Assembly (NCBI GenBank): GCA_965200475.1
Contig: CBDAUL010000010.1
Location: forward strand, 580,118 to 644,117
DNA length: 64,000 nt
From: Vicinamibacterales bacterium
GTDB lineage: Bacteria; Acidobacteriota; Vicinamibacteria; Vicinamibacterales; UBA8438
Direction of reading: 5' to 3'
Below, piece after piece: positions 35,732 through 44,976 of the stretch (within the stretch, counting starts at the first letter, position 1; every line of letters starts with the position of its first letter). Position numbers and translations under genes: made by a program. The notes beneath the pieces are model-generated. The model did not search any database, was not told the origin of the DNA, and saw only the letters and a list, made by a program, of their open reading frames with translations.

Positions 35732-36137
35732 CCGTGGTGGTCGGGGTCACGGCCGTACTGCCAACGACTCGCTCGATCCCCAGACCCTGGCAGAGCCAGT
35801 CCACGCGATGCCTCCAAGGGCGCCCCAGACCGCGCGGGTGCGCGACGGCGAGTACGCTGCCCACGGCCCGCTCGCAAGGTGGCACGAGCCATCTGAGGTA
35901 GTCGCGGAGCCGATCGGCGCTGTGCAGGTCGCACGGCCCCTCCGTGTGCTTCGCCTCCCCGAGGAACAGACCCGCCCGGTCGACATGGACGCGAAGTACG
36001 TCCGGGCGCCTGCCGTCCGGCAGCGGCATCGTCAGGCGGAAGCCGGCAGCGTCGGCGATGGTCTCCAGAAGGGCACGCCGCGTCTCATGCGCGCGACTCG
36101 GAGTCATCGTCGAACGATCAGGCCCGCGGCTCATCAA
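35643..36137 (-). CDS. Small PD-(D/E)xK-like nuclease (tentative)
   Basis: 164 aa. RRPDVLRVHVDRAGLFLGEAKHTE fits D-x(n)-E-x-K. ATGA overlap with the SNF2 stop. The 3' end overlaps the convergent glycosylase gene by 89 nt. Confidence 0.45.
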   Translation of the reverse strand: MMSRGPDRSTMTPSRAHETRRALLETIADAAGFRLTMPLPDGRRPDVLRVHVDRAGLFLGEAKHTEGPCDLHSADRLRDYLRWLVPPCERAVGSVLAVAHPRGLGRPWRHRVDWLCQGLGIERVVGSTAVTPTTTVTFVVFGSSGWRHGLPDTARTGRSGHNGA

Positions 36138-37912
36138 GCTTCCACCGCGGCCAGCAGCGCAGCCGCCTCACGGACGTCGGCGAGGAACGCCTCGCGCGTG
36201 ATCGGGGTGTCAACCTGGTCCCCGAGTAGGTCTTGCGCCGCCTGCTCCTTCTGCACAAGCCGGTCGTACTCAGAGACCTCGATCGTGCCATCACACAGCA
36301 TGACCACGTACTCGACGTCCCGCTCCTGCCCACGGCGGTGGATGCGGTCGAGGCTCTGAAGGTAGTGGGCTGCTTGGTTCGAGAGCGACTCGTAGATCGC
36401 CACACGTGCCCGGTGCAGCGTCAGCCCCGCACCGGCAGCTGCGGGGTTGGCGACGAAGACCATCGTCTCGTCGTCCTCCTGGAACCGAAGCACTGCGTCT
36501 CGCCGTGCGCCAACGTCCGACACCGAACCGTCGTACCGGACGACGCCGTAGCGGGCGTATCGCTGGGTGATCGCCCCCACGGATGCCGTGTAGAACGACC
36601 AGACCACCACCTTCTCACGTTGCCGGCCGACCAACTCTCCGACGAGTGCATCGAGAGCCGCCAGCTTTGCAGGCGTCTCGCAGTAGGCCTCTGACACGCC
36701 CTTCGGGTTCGAGCAGATCTGCAGGAGTGCCGCGCGACGAGCCAGGAAGCTCGCGCGTCGCTTGACGAAACCCGTGTCGTCGACCGCCTCGGCGTCCGTC
36801 ACCAAGCCGTCCAGCGTCGCCCGGTAGAGACGAGCCTGCTCCTCCGCCATCGAGACCAGGACACGCTGGAACCGCTTCAGCGGCAGCTCAGGCAGCACGT
36901 CTGTCTTCAGATGTCGGAGGAAGAGCCCCCGTTCCTCGATCGCGGACTGCACGACAGGGGCCGCCAGCGCTCGGTCCGCAGGCAGATCGACGCCCTCGAA
37001 ACAGTAGCCGAAGTCGACGAGGCTGAACTGTTGGACGAGGTCGGAGGGCGAGTTCGGTGCGGGAGTGCCGCAGAGCACGTAGGCCCGGCCAGCCCACTCC
37101 CGCAAGCGCCGGAGGGCGCGCGTCCGTCTCGCATAGAGCGACTTGATGAAGAACGACTCGTCGATGGCGAGCACTGTCCGCCCGGTCCGTGCGCGCATCA
37201 GAGCGCGCAGTTCCCGCTCCATGGACACCGCCGTCTCGAAGTTCGTGACGAAGATATCGGCACCCACCGCGAGCAGGCGGCGCTTCTCCCGCGCGGTGCC
37301 GGTCAGCACGGAGGTGCGGTAGATGTCGCCCCGGAACCGTTCCAGGTCCTTGGGCCACTCGCCGATCATGCTCTTCGGCGCGACGATGATCGCGGCGTCA
37401 GCGTGGTCGCGCTCCATGAGCAGATCGAACGCGAAGATGAACGTCACCGTCTTGCCGGCACCCTGCTCGTCGAAGACACACAGGCCGGGGCTGTCCGGCA
37501 GGGTCATGGCCGCGACGTTGACGACCTGATGCCCGTCCAGAACACCGAGACCGTCGCTGTCCGCGATCATCCGCTCGGCGAGGCGGAGACCCTCGCGCCG
37601 GATCCGACGGAGTGCCTCGAACACTCCCGCGTGGACCGATGCCACGTGCTGTCGGTTCTCGACGAAACGCCGGGCCTCGGGCGTCCAGATCATCTCGACC
37701 TCCGAGACCAGCTCGTCCAGGCGTCGGGCTAGCGGGACTGGGATCCTGACCCCTTCGGCAGAACGCGTGACGCCGGCCCCTTGAGGACCGAGGCCCCTCC
37801 TGACCGCCCGTAGCAACGAGGTGCCTTCACCGCGTTCCGGTACCAGGAACAGGGCGTCGAGGGTCTCCGTGGGTCTCAACTCGGCGCGGACCGGGTGGCG
37901 GTCAGGCTCCAT
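36134..37912 (-). CDS. SNF2-family helicase/translocase
   Basis: Motif I DEQGAGKT, motif II LAIDESFFIKS, C-terminal lobe VVWSFYT...GAGLTLHRARVAIYESLSNQAAHYLQSLDRIHRRGQ. Confidence 0.85.
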   Translation of the reverse strand: MEPDRHPVRAELRPTETLDALFLVPERGEGTSLLRAVRRGLGPQGAGVTRSAEGVRIPVPLARRLDELVSEVEMIWTPEARRFVENRQHVASVHAGVFEALRRIRREGLRLAERMIADSDGLGVLDGHQVVNVAAMTLPDSPGLCVFDEQGAGKTVTFIFAFDLLMERDHADAAIIVAPKSMIGEWPKDLERFRGDIYRTSVLTGTAREKRRLLAVGADIFVTNFETAVSMERELRALMRARTGRTVLAIDESFFIKSLYARRTRALRRLREWAGRAYVLCGTPAPNSPSDLVQQFSLVDFGYCFEGVDLPADRALAAPVVQSAIEERGLFLRHLKTDVLPELPLKRFQRVLVSMAEEQARLYRATLDGLVTDAEAVDDTGFVKRRASFLARRAALLQICSNPKGVSEAYCETPAKLAALDALVGELVGRQREKVVVWSFYTASVGAITQRYARYGVVRYDGSVSDVGARRDAVLRFQEDDETMVFVANPAAAGAGLTLHRARVAIYESLSNQAAHYLQSLDRIHRRGQERDVEYVVMLCDGTIEVSEYDRLVQKEQAAQDLLGDQVDTPITREAFLADVREAAALLAAVEA

Positions 37913-39494
37913 CGCCCTGAGCCTCCTCCGCGTCGTCCGTCTCCAGGTAGGTCTCAACGTGTTTCAGCACGTTCCGCAGACGCTCCAGGTTCTCCCGCTT
38001 CACCGAACCGGACTCGTTCGGGTCGAACGCCTTGAGCGGCAATGAGAGGAACCAGTCCGCGAAGACCCTGATCCTCGTGTTGGCTGCAGTCTGGCGGCGC
38101 TCCGCACGGCTCACCCGCGCTAGGTCGATCGCGTTGTTGACCTCGTCCCGGGCCGCCTCCAGATCGGACTCGTCGCGTGCCTTCCGCAGGAGGTCGATCG
38201 CGTCGTCGTTCTCGTAGACGTACTTGAGATCCCGGATCTTCTGCCAGCTCTGGAACTTGCCGTCGTACAGGAGGTCGAAGACGAGGTGCTTGAAGCTGTC
38301 GTCTTGGTTCAGCGACCAGTGTACTCCCCCCGCGTTCTTCCCCTTGTTCAACTCGTCGAAGTACTGGAACTTGTCTGACGCGCGGTGTTTCGCGGCGAAC
38401 CGGTCCTTGGCGCGGTCGACAACGTGGTAGTCCTCGAATTCCCGTGCGAGCCCCACCATGTTGATGTAGCGGGTGACCTCGTTCGTCGACAGCGCGAACT
38501 TCCGCGCGATATCCCGCCTGATCTCTCTCAGCCGCACCGTCCCGGGGTTCGCCCGGGGCTCGAGCGACAGCCGGGCCTCCCACTCGTCACGCACCTTCAG
38601 GGCCTTGACGTACTCGGGCCAGTCCTGCTTGTAGTCAGGCTCGAAGTTCAGCGACACGATCACAGCCTCGCGGTCTTGCGCCGTCGCGTGCTCGGTGAGT
38701 TGCCAGACCTTCAACCACTCCGCCCGCTGCTTCTCCTCCGCCGTGAACTCACCGTTGTCGTCCTCCAGGATGTGGTAGCAGGCCGTGACCCGCCGGTTCC
38801 CGTCCAACAGCTTCCCGTCTAGGTCGACGATGGGAGGTTTCCGTACGCCGTTGACCGCGACACTCTTGGCCAGCGCGTGGATCGCGAACTGGTCGGTCTC
38901 CTCGATGCCTGGCAGCGGCATCGTGCCCCTCATGATCGCCACCAACTCCTCGGCGTCTGGGCCGCGGCCGTACTTCTGGTGGAACTGGTTCAGGTGGATG
39001 TCGAGCCGTTCGTTCTCGTCCCAGAGTTGGATGTCCCGCGTGCGGACGAACCCCTCCACTACCGCGACGGCGCGCTCGTGGAACACGGGCATCGGTCGCA
39101 CCGGTGCCGGGTCGATCCCGTCGTACGGCTGCAACTGTAGGCGCCCCTGGCCGTTTGCCGATGGACCGGCCTGTGTGTCAGGTCCGGCGGTGTTGGTGGT
39201 CGGGGTGCCCGTGCCCCCGCCGACCGAGAGCTGCGCCCGCACTCGCTCGGTCTGGGCAATGAAGGCCTCGGCATCGCGATCCAGGAGCTTGACGGTCTCC
39301 GTGTCACCGCGCCTCGCAGCACCGGCACGAACGACCTCCACCACCCTCGTCAGCAGCGCTCGAACCTCTTCTACCGAGATCGGATTCTCCAGCCCCTCGC
39401 GCAGCATTCCCTCGATCGACGCGCGGACATCGGAGGACATGGCCTCTGCTGCCCGCAGTAGTTCCGTCAGTGCCTTCTTCAATCCTGCGTTCAT
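37902..39494 (-). CDS. ParB-N (ParB/Srx-fold) domain protein with a long helical C-terminal region
   Basis: Start MNAGLKKAL at 39494 (ATGA overlap with the sigma-like stop). Core LAKSVAVNGVRKPPIVDLDGKLLDGNRRVTACYHIL (the GxxR box of ParB). HTH-like STNEVTRYINMV. A Gly/Thr/Pro linker follows an N-terminal helical segment. Confidence 0.7.
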   Translation of the reverse strand: MNAGLKKALTELLRAAEAMSSDVRASIEGMLREGLENPISVEEVRALLTRVVEVVRAGAARRGDTETVKLLDRDAEAFIAQTERVRAQLSVGGGTGTPTTNTAGPDTQAGPSANGQGRLQLQPYDGIDPAPVRPMPVFHERAVAVVEGFVRTRDIQLWDENERLDIHLNQFHQKYGRGPDAEELVAIMRGTMPLPGIEETDQFAIHALAKSVAVNGVRKPPIVDLDGKLLDGNRRVTACYHILEDDNGEFTAEEKQRAEWLKVWQLTEHATAQDREAVIVSLNFEPDYKQDWPEYVKALKVRDEWEARLSLEPRANPGTVRLREIRRDIARKFALSTNEVTRYINMVGLAREFEDYHVVDRAKDRFAAKHRASDKFQYFDELNKGKNAGGVHWSLNQDDSFKHLVFDLLYDGKFQSWQKIRDLKYVYENDDAIDLLRKARDESDLEAARDEVNNAIDLARVSRAERRQTAANTRIRVFADWFLSLPLKAFDPNESGSVKRENLERLRNVLKHVETYLETDDAEEAQGDGA

Positions 39495-40189
39495 CGTTGC
39501 ACCTTTCCGTCGCCGTCCGTGTCTGTCTCCGGGAGGTCCATCGGTACTCCGACGCCCTCCCGTTCCGCGAGCCGACCGAGCCGTTTCAACCCCCGCGAGA
39601 CGAGGGTCCGAGCGGCGTTCTCCGAAATGCCAACGTGTTCCGCGATGGCAGACGCCGGCAGGTCGGGCAGATTGTTCTCGGCTGCGTCGATCAGCACCTC
39701 CATGACGGCGACTACTTGGCCGTGGCCAATCCTCGGCAGAAGCTCGCGGGCAACCCGGATCGCCTCCTTGCGGCGCGCTTCTTCCAGTGCGCGACGCTCC
39801 GCGGCCTCTCGAACCGTCTCGCTTGGGTCCGGCCGCGCTGGAAGGGCGGCCGTGTCGAAGTCCTGTCGGCGCGAGTAGTCCGTCTGCCACTTGTCGTCTG
39901 CGATGTTCCTGGCCGCCTTCCACAGCCACGCGCCGAGCATGCCGATGCGCCGACCTTGGAAGACTGCGGCGCAGGCCGCATCCACGGCCTGCGCGATGCA
40001 CTCGTCCACCTCTGACGTCGGAAGAGCGTCCCACTGCTTCTGCAACCGGCGTCTCAGGCCATCGAGGTAGCCACTTGCGGTCAGCGCTTCGAGCATCTCC
40101 AGCGGCTCGCCGCCGTTGACCGCCGCCTGTGCCCGCTGGAGTAGCCGAGCTGCGTCGTCGATTCCTGCGTCTTGTTGGCTCGTCGTCAT
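39491..40189 (-). CDS. Sigma-70/ECF-like protein (regions 2 and 4)
   Basis: Start MTTSQQDAG at 40189. Region-2-like LGAWLWKAARNIADDKWQ. Region-4 HTH LPASAIAEHVGISENAARTLVSRGLKRL. Confidence 0.6.
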   Translation of the reverse strand: MTTSQQDAGIDDAARLLQRAQAAVNGGEPLEMLEALTASGYLDGLRRRLQKQWDALPTSEVDECIAQAVDAACAAVFQGRRIGMLGAWLWKAARNIADDKWQTDYSRRQDFDTAALPARPDPSETVREAAERRALEEARRKEAIRVARELLPRIGHGQVVAVMEVLIDAAENNLPDLPASAIAEHVGISENAARTLVSRGLKRLGRLAEREGVGVPMDLPETDTDGDGKVQR

Positions 40190-40639
40190 GACACCTATCC
40201 GCGACCGAATCTGCCGGGTCGAACTGTCGCCATACCCGGTAGTCTCTGGGCGAAACAGGCGACGCCGTGGAACTGATGAGCGACCTCCGTCCGTGGTCGC
40301 TGGCGACGCGCCGGATTGGTCCTTCCCGGTCGCCAGGTGCAACAAATGGGCGGCCGACCGAACGGCTCCCCGGGTGCGGCGAGAAGAGCGTCAGCGTGGG
40401 AGGGCGTCGGTGATTGGCGACCGCCAGGCCGACGGCTGTCCGGTGTCCGTCAGGAGACGAGCGACACGCTGTCGCCGGCGTTCAGGCAGTCGGAGAATGG
40501 CGACGGCAGGACTTGGTGAGGCGCCCGGGCGAGGGAATTTGTCCCATCCCTGATGTTCCGCATGATGTTCCGCAGGCGGCGTTCTTGGTCCGCTGAAGCC
40601 CGGTACAGAACGGGGGATGTACCGAGGGGAACCAACCCG

Positions 40640-41867
40640 CTCGGATCACATAAGTGTCACATTATGGATGGTTTATGGGATTCGGGCGTCGGACACCTTG
40701 GCGCGGCAGCGCCTGATGGCGGCGACGTTCGACTACTACCGGCTCGCCCACCCGGACGAGGGGGTGGGCAGCGGCTTCGAGTACCGGACGGTCCCCAAGG
40801 TGTCGGCTGGCAGTCTGGCCTACGGCCGGACAGAAGAGACGACCCTCTACGACCAACCGCTCCGCGACAAGACCAAGGTGCGCGTCACTGGTCCGTTCAC
40901 GGTCGAGGCCGTGCCGCGCTGACCGTTGCGTCCGTGGATGACGCGATCACGGCGGGGAGCGCCCAACCGGATGCCGATGCGCCACTGGCCGGTGCGTCCG
41001 TGGCGCGGGACGGCGAGACCCTGCGCGAGAGCGACTGGCGCGCCGAGCTGCTACAGACCGGCATCCGAGGCCGGGCTGGTCAACGATTGACGTTCACCCG
41101 CCTGGAACCGCTGCCGGGCGCACGGTGGCTGCACGCCGATGGGGAGAGTGTGCCGGCTGCGGCATCGCCCGAACGCCCGGAACAGGACGAGCCATCGAGC
41201 GACGACACCGGACCGGAACGCGTCGTGGTCTCGTTCGGGCCGGACCACGCGCCGCTGGAGCAGCGGCATGTGGACCGTGCCATCGAGGAGGCGCGGAAGC
41301 TGGCTCCCCGCCCGACGGTGATCGTCTTCGCCGCCTTCCAGTTCGACCCGGAGGCCGCGAAGGACATCGACGAGACCCGCTGGCCCGGCGTGATGCTGCT
41401 CAAGGCGCAGATGAACGCCGACCTGCTGGCCGACGACCTGAAGAAGACACGGGCCAGCAACGAGAGCTTCTGGCTCGTCGGCCAGCCGGATGTCGAGGCG
41501 GTGCCGGTCGACGACGGACCGGACCCCGGCAAGGTGCTGGTGACGGTCCACGGCTTCGACTACTACGACACCCGCAGCGGAACGGTGGATTCGGGCGGCG
41601 CGGAGAAGATCGCCTTGTGGATGCTCGACCCGACTACGACGGCCGGAGCCTCTTCCCGCGCGGCAGGTGTTCTTCCCCCAGGCCGGCGCGAAGGACGGCT
41701 GGGCGAAGCTGGCGAAGGCGCTGAGGACGGAGATCGATCTGGCGTTGATCGAGCGGTACCGAGGCACGGTTTCGTTGCCGTTCGATCCCGGCCCGCACCG
41801 CCGGGCGGCGGTGAAGATCGTGGACGACCGGGGCATCGAGAGCCTCAAGGTGCTGGACCTGCCATGA
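40640..41867 (+). pseudogene. Type III-like DNA methyltransferase (mod), 5'-truncated with at least two frameshifts
   Basis: Pieces in three frames: ..GFEYRTVPKVSAGSLAY..LYDQPLRDKTKVRVTGPFTVEAVP | ..VVVSFGPDHAPL..IVFAAFQFDPEAAKDIDE..NESFWLVGQPDVE..GFDYYDTRSG | FFPQAGAKDGWAKLAKAL..RGTVSLPFDPG..VKIVDDRGIESLKV. No catalytic N-terminal half is present. Confidence 0.7.
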
Positions 41868-43982
41868 CCGGCCGGCGAACGATAGACCAGCTCATCATCA
41901 ACTCGCCCTACGACGTTCCGGCTGAGCACTGGCGCTACAACCGGGGCGAGCGGCCCGGCGAGGCCGGGACGTTCACGCGCGAAACCGGCCGCCGCCCGGC
42001 CGGCTACCACGTGCCCGTGGCGAGCGATGCCCGGCGCGACCCGTACGATCCGGGCGAGTTCGTCGAGCTGCCGCTGGTCAACCGGATCCGGACGCGTGTG
42101 GACGAGTGGCGGGCTGCCGGCTATCCGGGGGCGACGGGCATCACACGGCGGCTGCTTGACCACTGGCGGCGCGAGACTGGACCGTCAGCGACTTCGGGCT
42201 GAACGACGCCATCGAGTCCGGGCTGGCCAAGACGCCGAGGGTCGTGGTCCGGGACGACGCGCGGGCCGATGCGAAGACCGACCGCTCCCGCCTGTACCAC
42301 CTGTACGGCGACGAGACGGTGAAGGACGACCTGAAACGGAAGGCTGAACCGCACGAGCCGCTGCCCGATCTGGTCGTCAACGGATGCCACCTGCTCGGTC
42401 ACGACTGGGACGAGACGCGGCGCAGGTGGGAGGAGCTGGGCCATTCGACCCGGCCGGTGCTCATCACCGTCACCAACCGAACGGAGACGGCCGCCCGCAT
42501 CAAGCACGCATTCGACAAGGGGAAGGTGCGGATCGACGCGCTGCGGAACCCGGAGCGGACGCTGCATATCGACTCGAAGGTGCTCGGCGAGGCGGAAGCG
42601 TCAGGTGAGCCGCTGGCGCTGGTCGATGGAACCATCGCGGACGGGCCGGGCGCGGGCCACGACGACGCCGGCACCCCGAAGCTGACGCGGCAGGAGCGAG
42701 CCGAGTTACTGCGGCGGCAGGTCGATACGGTCGGCAAGCCGGGCCAGGCGGGCGAACGGATCCAGAACGTCGTCTCGGTCGGCATGCTCTCGGAAGGATG
42801 GGACGCCCGGACGGTGACCCACATCATGGGGCTGCGCGCCTTCACGAGCCAGCTTCTGTGCGAGCAGGTGGTCGGTCGCGGCCTGCGGCGGACCTCCTAC
42901 GACATCAACCGCGAGACTGGACGGTTCACGCCGGAGCACGTCAACGTGTTCGGCATCCCGTTCCTGCCGCACGAGCAGGGCGACGGTCCGCCGCCTCCGC
43001 CCCCGCCGCCGAAGACCGCCGTGATGCCGGTGCCGGAGAAGGCCCGGTTCGAGATCACGTGGCCCAACGTTGTCCGGGTCGCGCACGTCTACCGGCCGCG
43101 GCTCTCGCCGACATCGATCGGTTGGATCCGCTGGAACTGGATGCCGGAGACACGGCGCGACTCGTGGAACTGGCCGAGGTGGTCGATGGCGTGCCGGACG
43201 TTGCCCGCGTCAGCGGCATCGATCTGGACGCGCTGGCGCAGGAGTTTAGGACGCAGCGCATCGTTTTCGAGACGGCCGGCGACATCTACGACCAGACGCA
43301 GCCCGGCTGGCGCGGCGCGCGGGCCATCCTGCTGGCTCAGATCGTCCGCCTCGTCGAACGCGTGATCGGGTCGGACCGCATCCGAGTCATCCCGGAATCG
43401 CCCCTGTTCGGCAGGGGCAGGCTCGGACGTCGGCTCGTCATCACCCTGAACATGACGAGGGTCGTCCAGCATCTGTGGGAGGCGATCCGGTTCGAGAACG
43501 CCGAAGCGCTCGACCTCGTGCTCGACCCCGAGCGCGCCATCGTTGCGACCGGCGACATGCCGCTCTGGCACACCGGAAGGCCTTGCCGGGACGCTCGACG
43601 CAGCCACATCAACCACTGCGTCTGCGACAGCGGCTGGGAGGCGGAGACGGCCGCCGTCCTCGACCGCAGCCCGCACGTTGCGGCGTGGGTGAAGAACGAC
43701 CACCTGGGATTCGAGATCCTCTACCTCTACAAGGGCGTCGTGCGGAGGTTCCTGCCCGACTTCCTGATCCGCCTGACCAACGGACGCCGGCTCGTCCTGG
43801 AGGTCAAGGGCGAGGACACGGACCGGAACCGGACCAAGCGCCGGTTTCTCGCCGAGTGGGTGCGGGGCGTGAACGCCGACGGGCGCTTTGGCCGATGGGC
43901 GTCGGATGTCCTGCTCGATCCCGATGAGATCGGCGGAATCCTCGACCGACACGGGAGGGCCGATCCGCGCACGACGCCGTGA
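41864..43982 (+). pseudogene. Type III-like restriction helicase (res), with an internal deletion and a frameshift
   Basis: N-terminus MTGRRTIDQLIINSPYDVPAEHWRY...LVNRIRTRVDEWRAAGYPGATGITRRLLDHW, then a stop at 42202. Resumes ..NDAIESGLAKTPRVV.. with helicase C-lobe motifs VSVGMLSEGWDARTVTHIMGLRAF..QVVGRGLRR. A frameshift near 43090 leads into the C-terminal endonuclease-like part (..FLIRLTNGRRLVLEVKGED..). Helicase motifs I-III are missing. Confidence 0.7.
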
Positions 43983-43984
43983 GT

Positions 43985-44170
43985 TGCCCCAACGCAACCC
44001 CGGTGCTGGTAGCACCAGATCTCGCCAGCGTCGCCGTCGAGCGCCAGCGTCGAGTTGTGGTAGAGATCCGTGTTGTCGGTGCCGCCCATCAGGAACTTCG
44101 GCGCGGGGACCTGACCGACGTGCCGACGTAGACGAGGTTCAGCTCCGGATCGTAGGCTCGGCACCATTCC
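43985..44170 (-). pseudogene. Short frameshifted fragment of a PQQ-type beta-propeller dehydrogenase
   Basis: Own translation gives YDPELNLVYVGT.. then GGTDNTDLYHNSTLALDGDAGEIWCYQH, which resembles the conserved ..LY.NS.VALD..TG...W..Q propeller blade. No start or end is present. Confidence 0.3.
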
Positions 44171-44200
44171 ACGGTATCATCGCTTGTAGAGGAGGAACCA

Positions 44201-44452
44201 ATGGCAGGAAAACCCCTCGCTGAAGAGTCCAGCACTTACGAAGCCAACCTGGAGCGGTGGGCGGCGGAGCACCCCGGCGAATTCGTCCTCATTCGAGGCA
44301 CAGAGGTCGTCGGGTTCTTCGCGACAAACGAGAAGGCCCTGACCGAGGGCTACAAGCGCTTCGGAATCGCCCCGTTCTTCGTCAAGCAGGTCACCCCGCG
44401 CGGCCAAGCCCACTTCATTTCCCGACTCACGGCCCCGGCGCCGATGACCTAA
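44201..44452 (+). CDS. Small DUF5678-like protein
   Basis: 83 aa. HPGEFVLIRGTEVVGFFATNEKALTEGYKRFG. GGAGGA RBS. Sits upstream of a retropepsin-like gene. Confidence 0.45.
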   Translation: MAGKPLAEESSTYEANLERWAAEHPGEFVLIRGTEVVGFFATNEKALTEGYKRFGIAPFFVKQVTPRGQAHFISRLTAPAPMT

Positions 44453-44460
44453 GCAGCAGC

Positions 44461-44904
44461 GTGCCTTCGGTCACGGAACCCATCGTCGACAGAAGGCCGA
44501 TCATCACGGCTGCCTTCCACGTCAGCCGCCCACGTTGGGTCGCGCTGGATCATGCGCGTCAGACAATACCCGACCCCATCCTCGGTCGCGCGTTGATCGA
44601 CACGGGGGCGACTGATTCGTGCGTGGATCCAGCCGTCACGGTCGCGTTGGGGCTCGATCCCAGGGCGACCTCGCGAGTTCACACCGCGTCAACCGCCGGC
44701 GAACCCCACCGCGTGGTCCTGGTGGACATGTCCATCATTCTGATACCTTCCGACGAGGGTACCCCGTTGGTCTTGCCTTCGATGTTGACGGTGCAGATCG
44801 ATCTTCGGAGCCAAGGGATCCATGCACTGATCGGCCAAGACGTCCTGGCGCGCTGTCGTCTGGTGCACGACGGGCCACGGCAGTGCTTCACACTGTCGTG
44901 GTAG
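44461..44904 (+). CDS. Retropepsin-like (clan AA) aspartyl protease
   Basis: GTG start, in frame with track ORF 44257. Active-site-like ALIDTGATDSCVD and C-terminal IGQDVLARCRLVHDG. Confidence 0.55.
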   Translation: MPSVTEPIVDRRPIITAAFHVSRPRWVALDHARQTIPDPILGRALIDTGATDSCVDPAVTVALGLDPRATSRVHTASTAGEPHRVVLVDMSIILIPSDEGTPLVLPSMLTVQIDLRSQGIHALIGQDVLARCRLVHDGPRQCFTLSW

Positions 44905-44976
44905 CTTCCGTGGGATAACTGAAAACCAAGACGGGCTAACCTGTTGTTGGGTTTTGACTTACATGCTTGATTCTAG

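Noticed and set aside
40190-40640. ORFs in the 450-bp gap upstream of the sigma-like gene (40116-40553, 40316-40519, 40450-40635).
   Set aside because: They have biased composition and no RBS or motif support. The gap is more likely leader/promoter DNA or a remnant of the truncated mod gene's surroundings.
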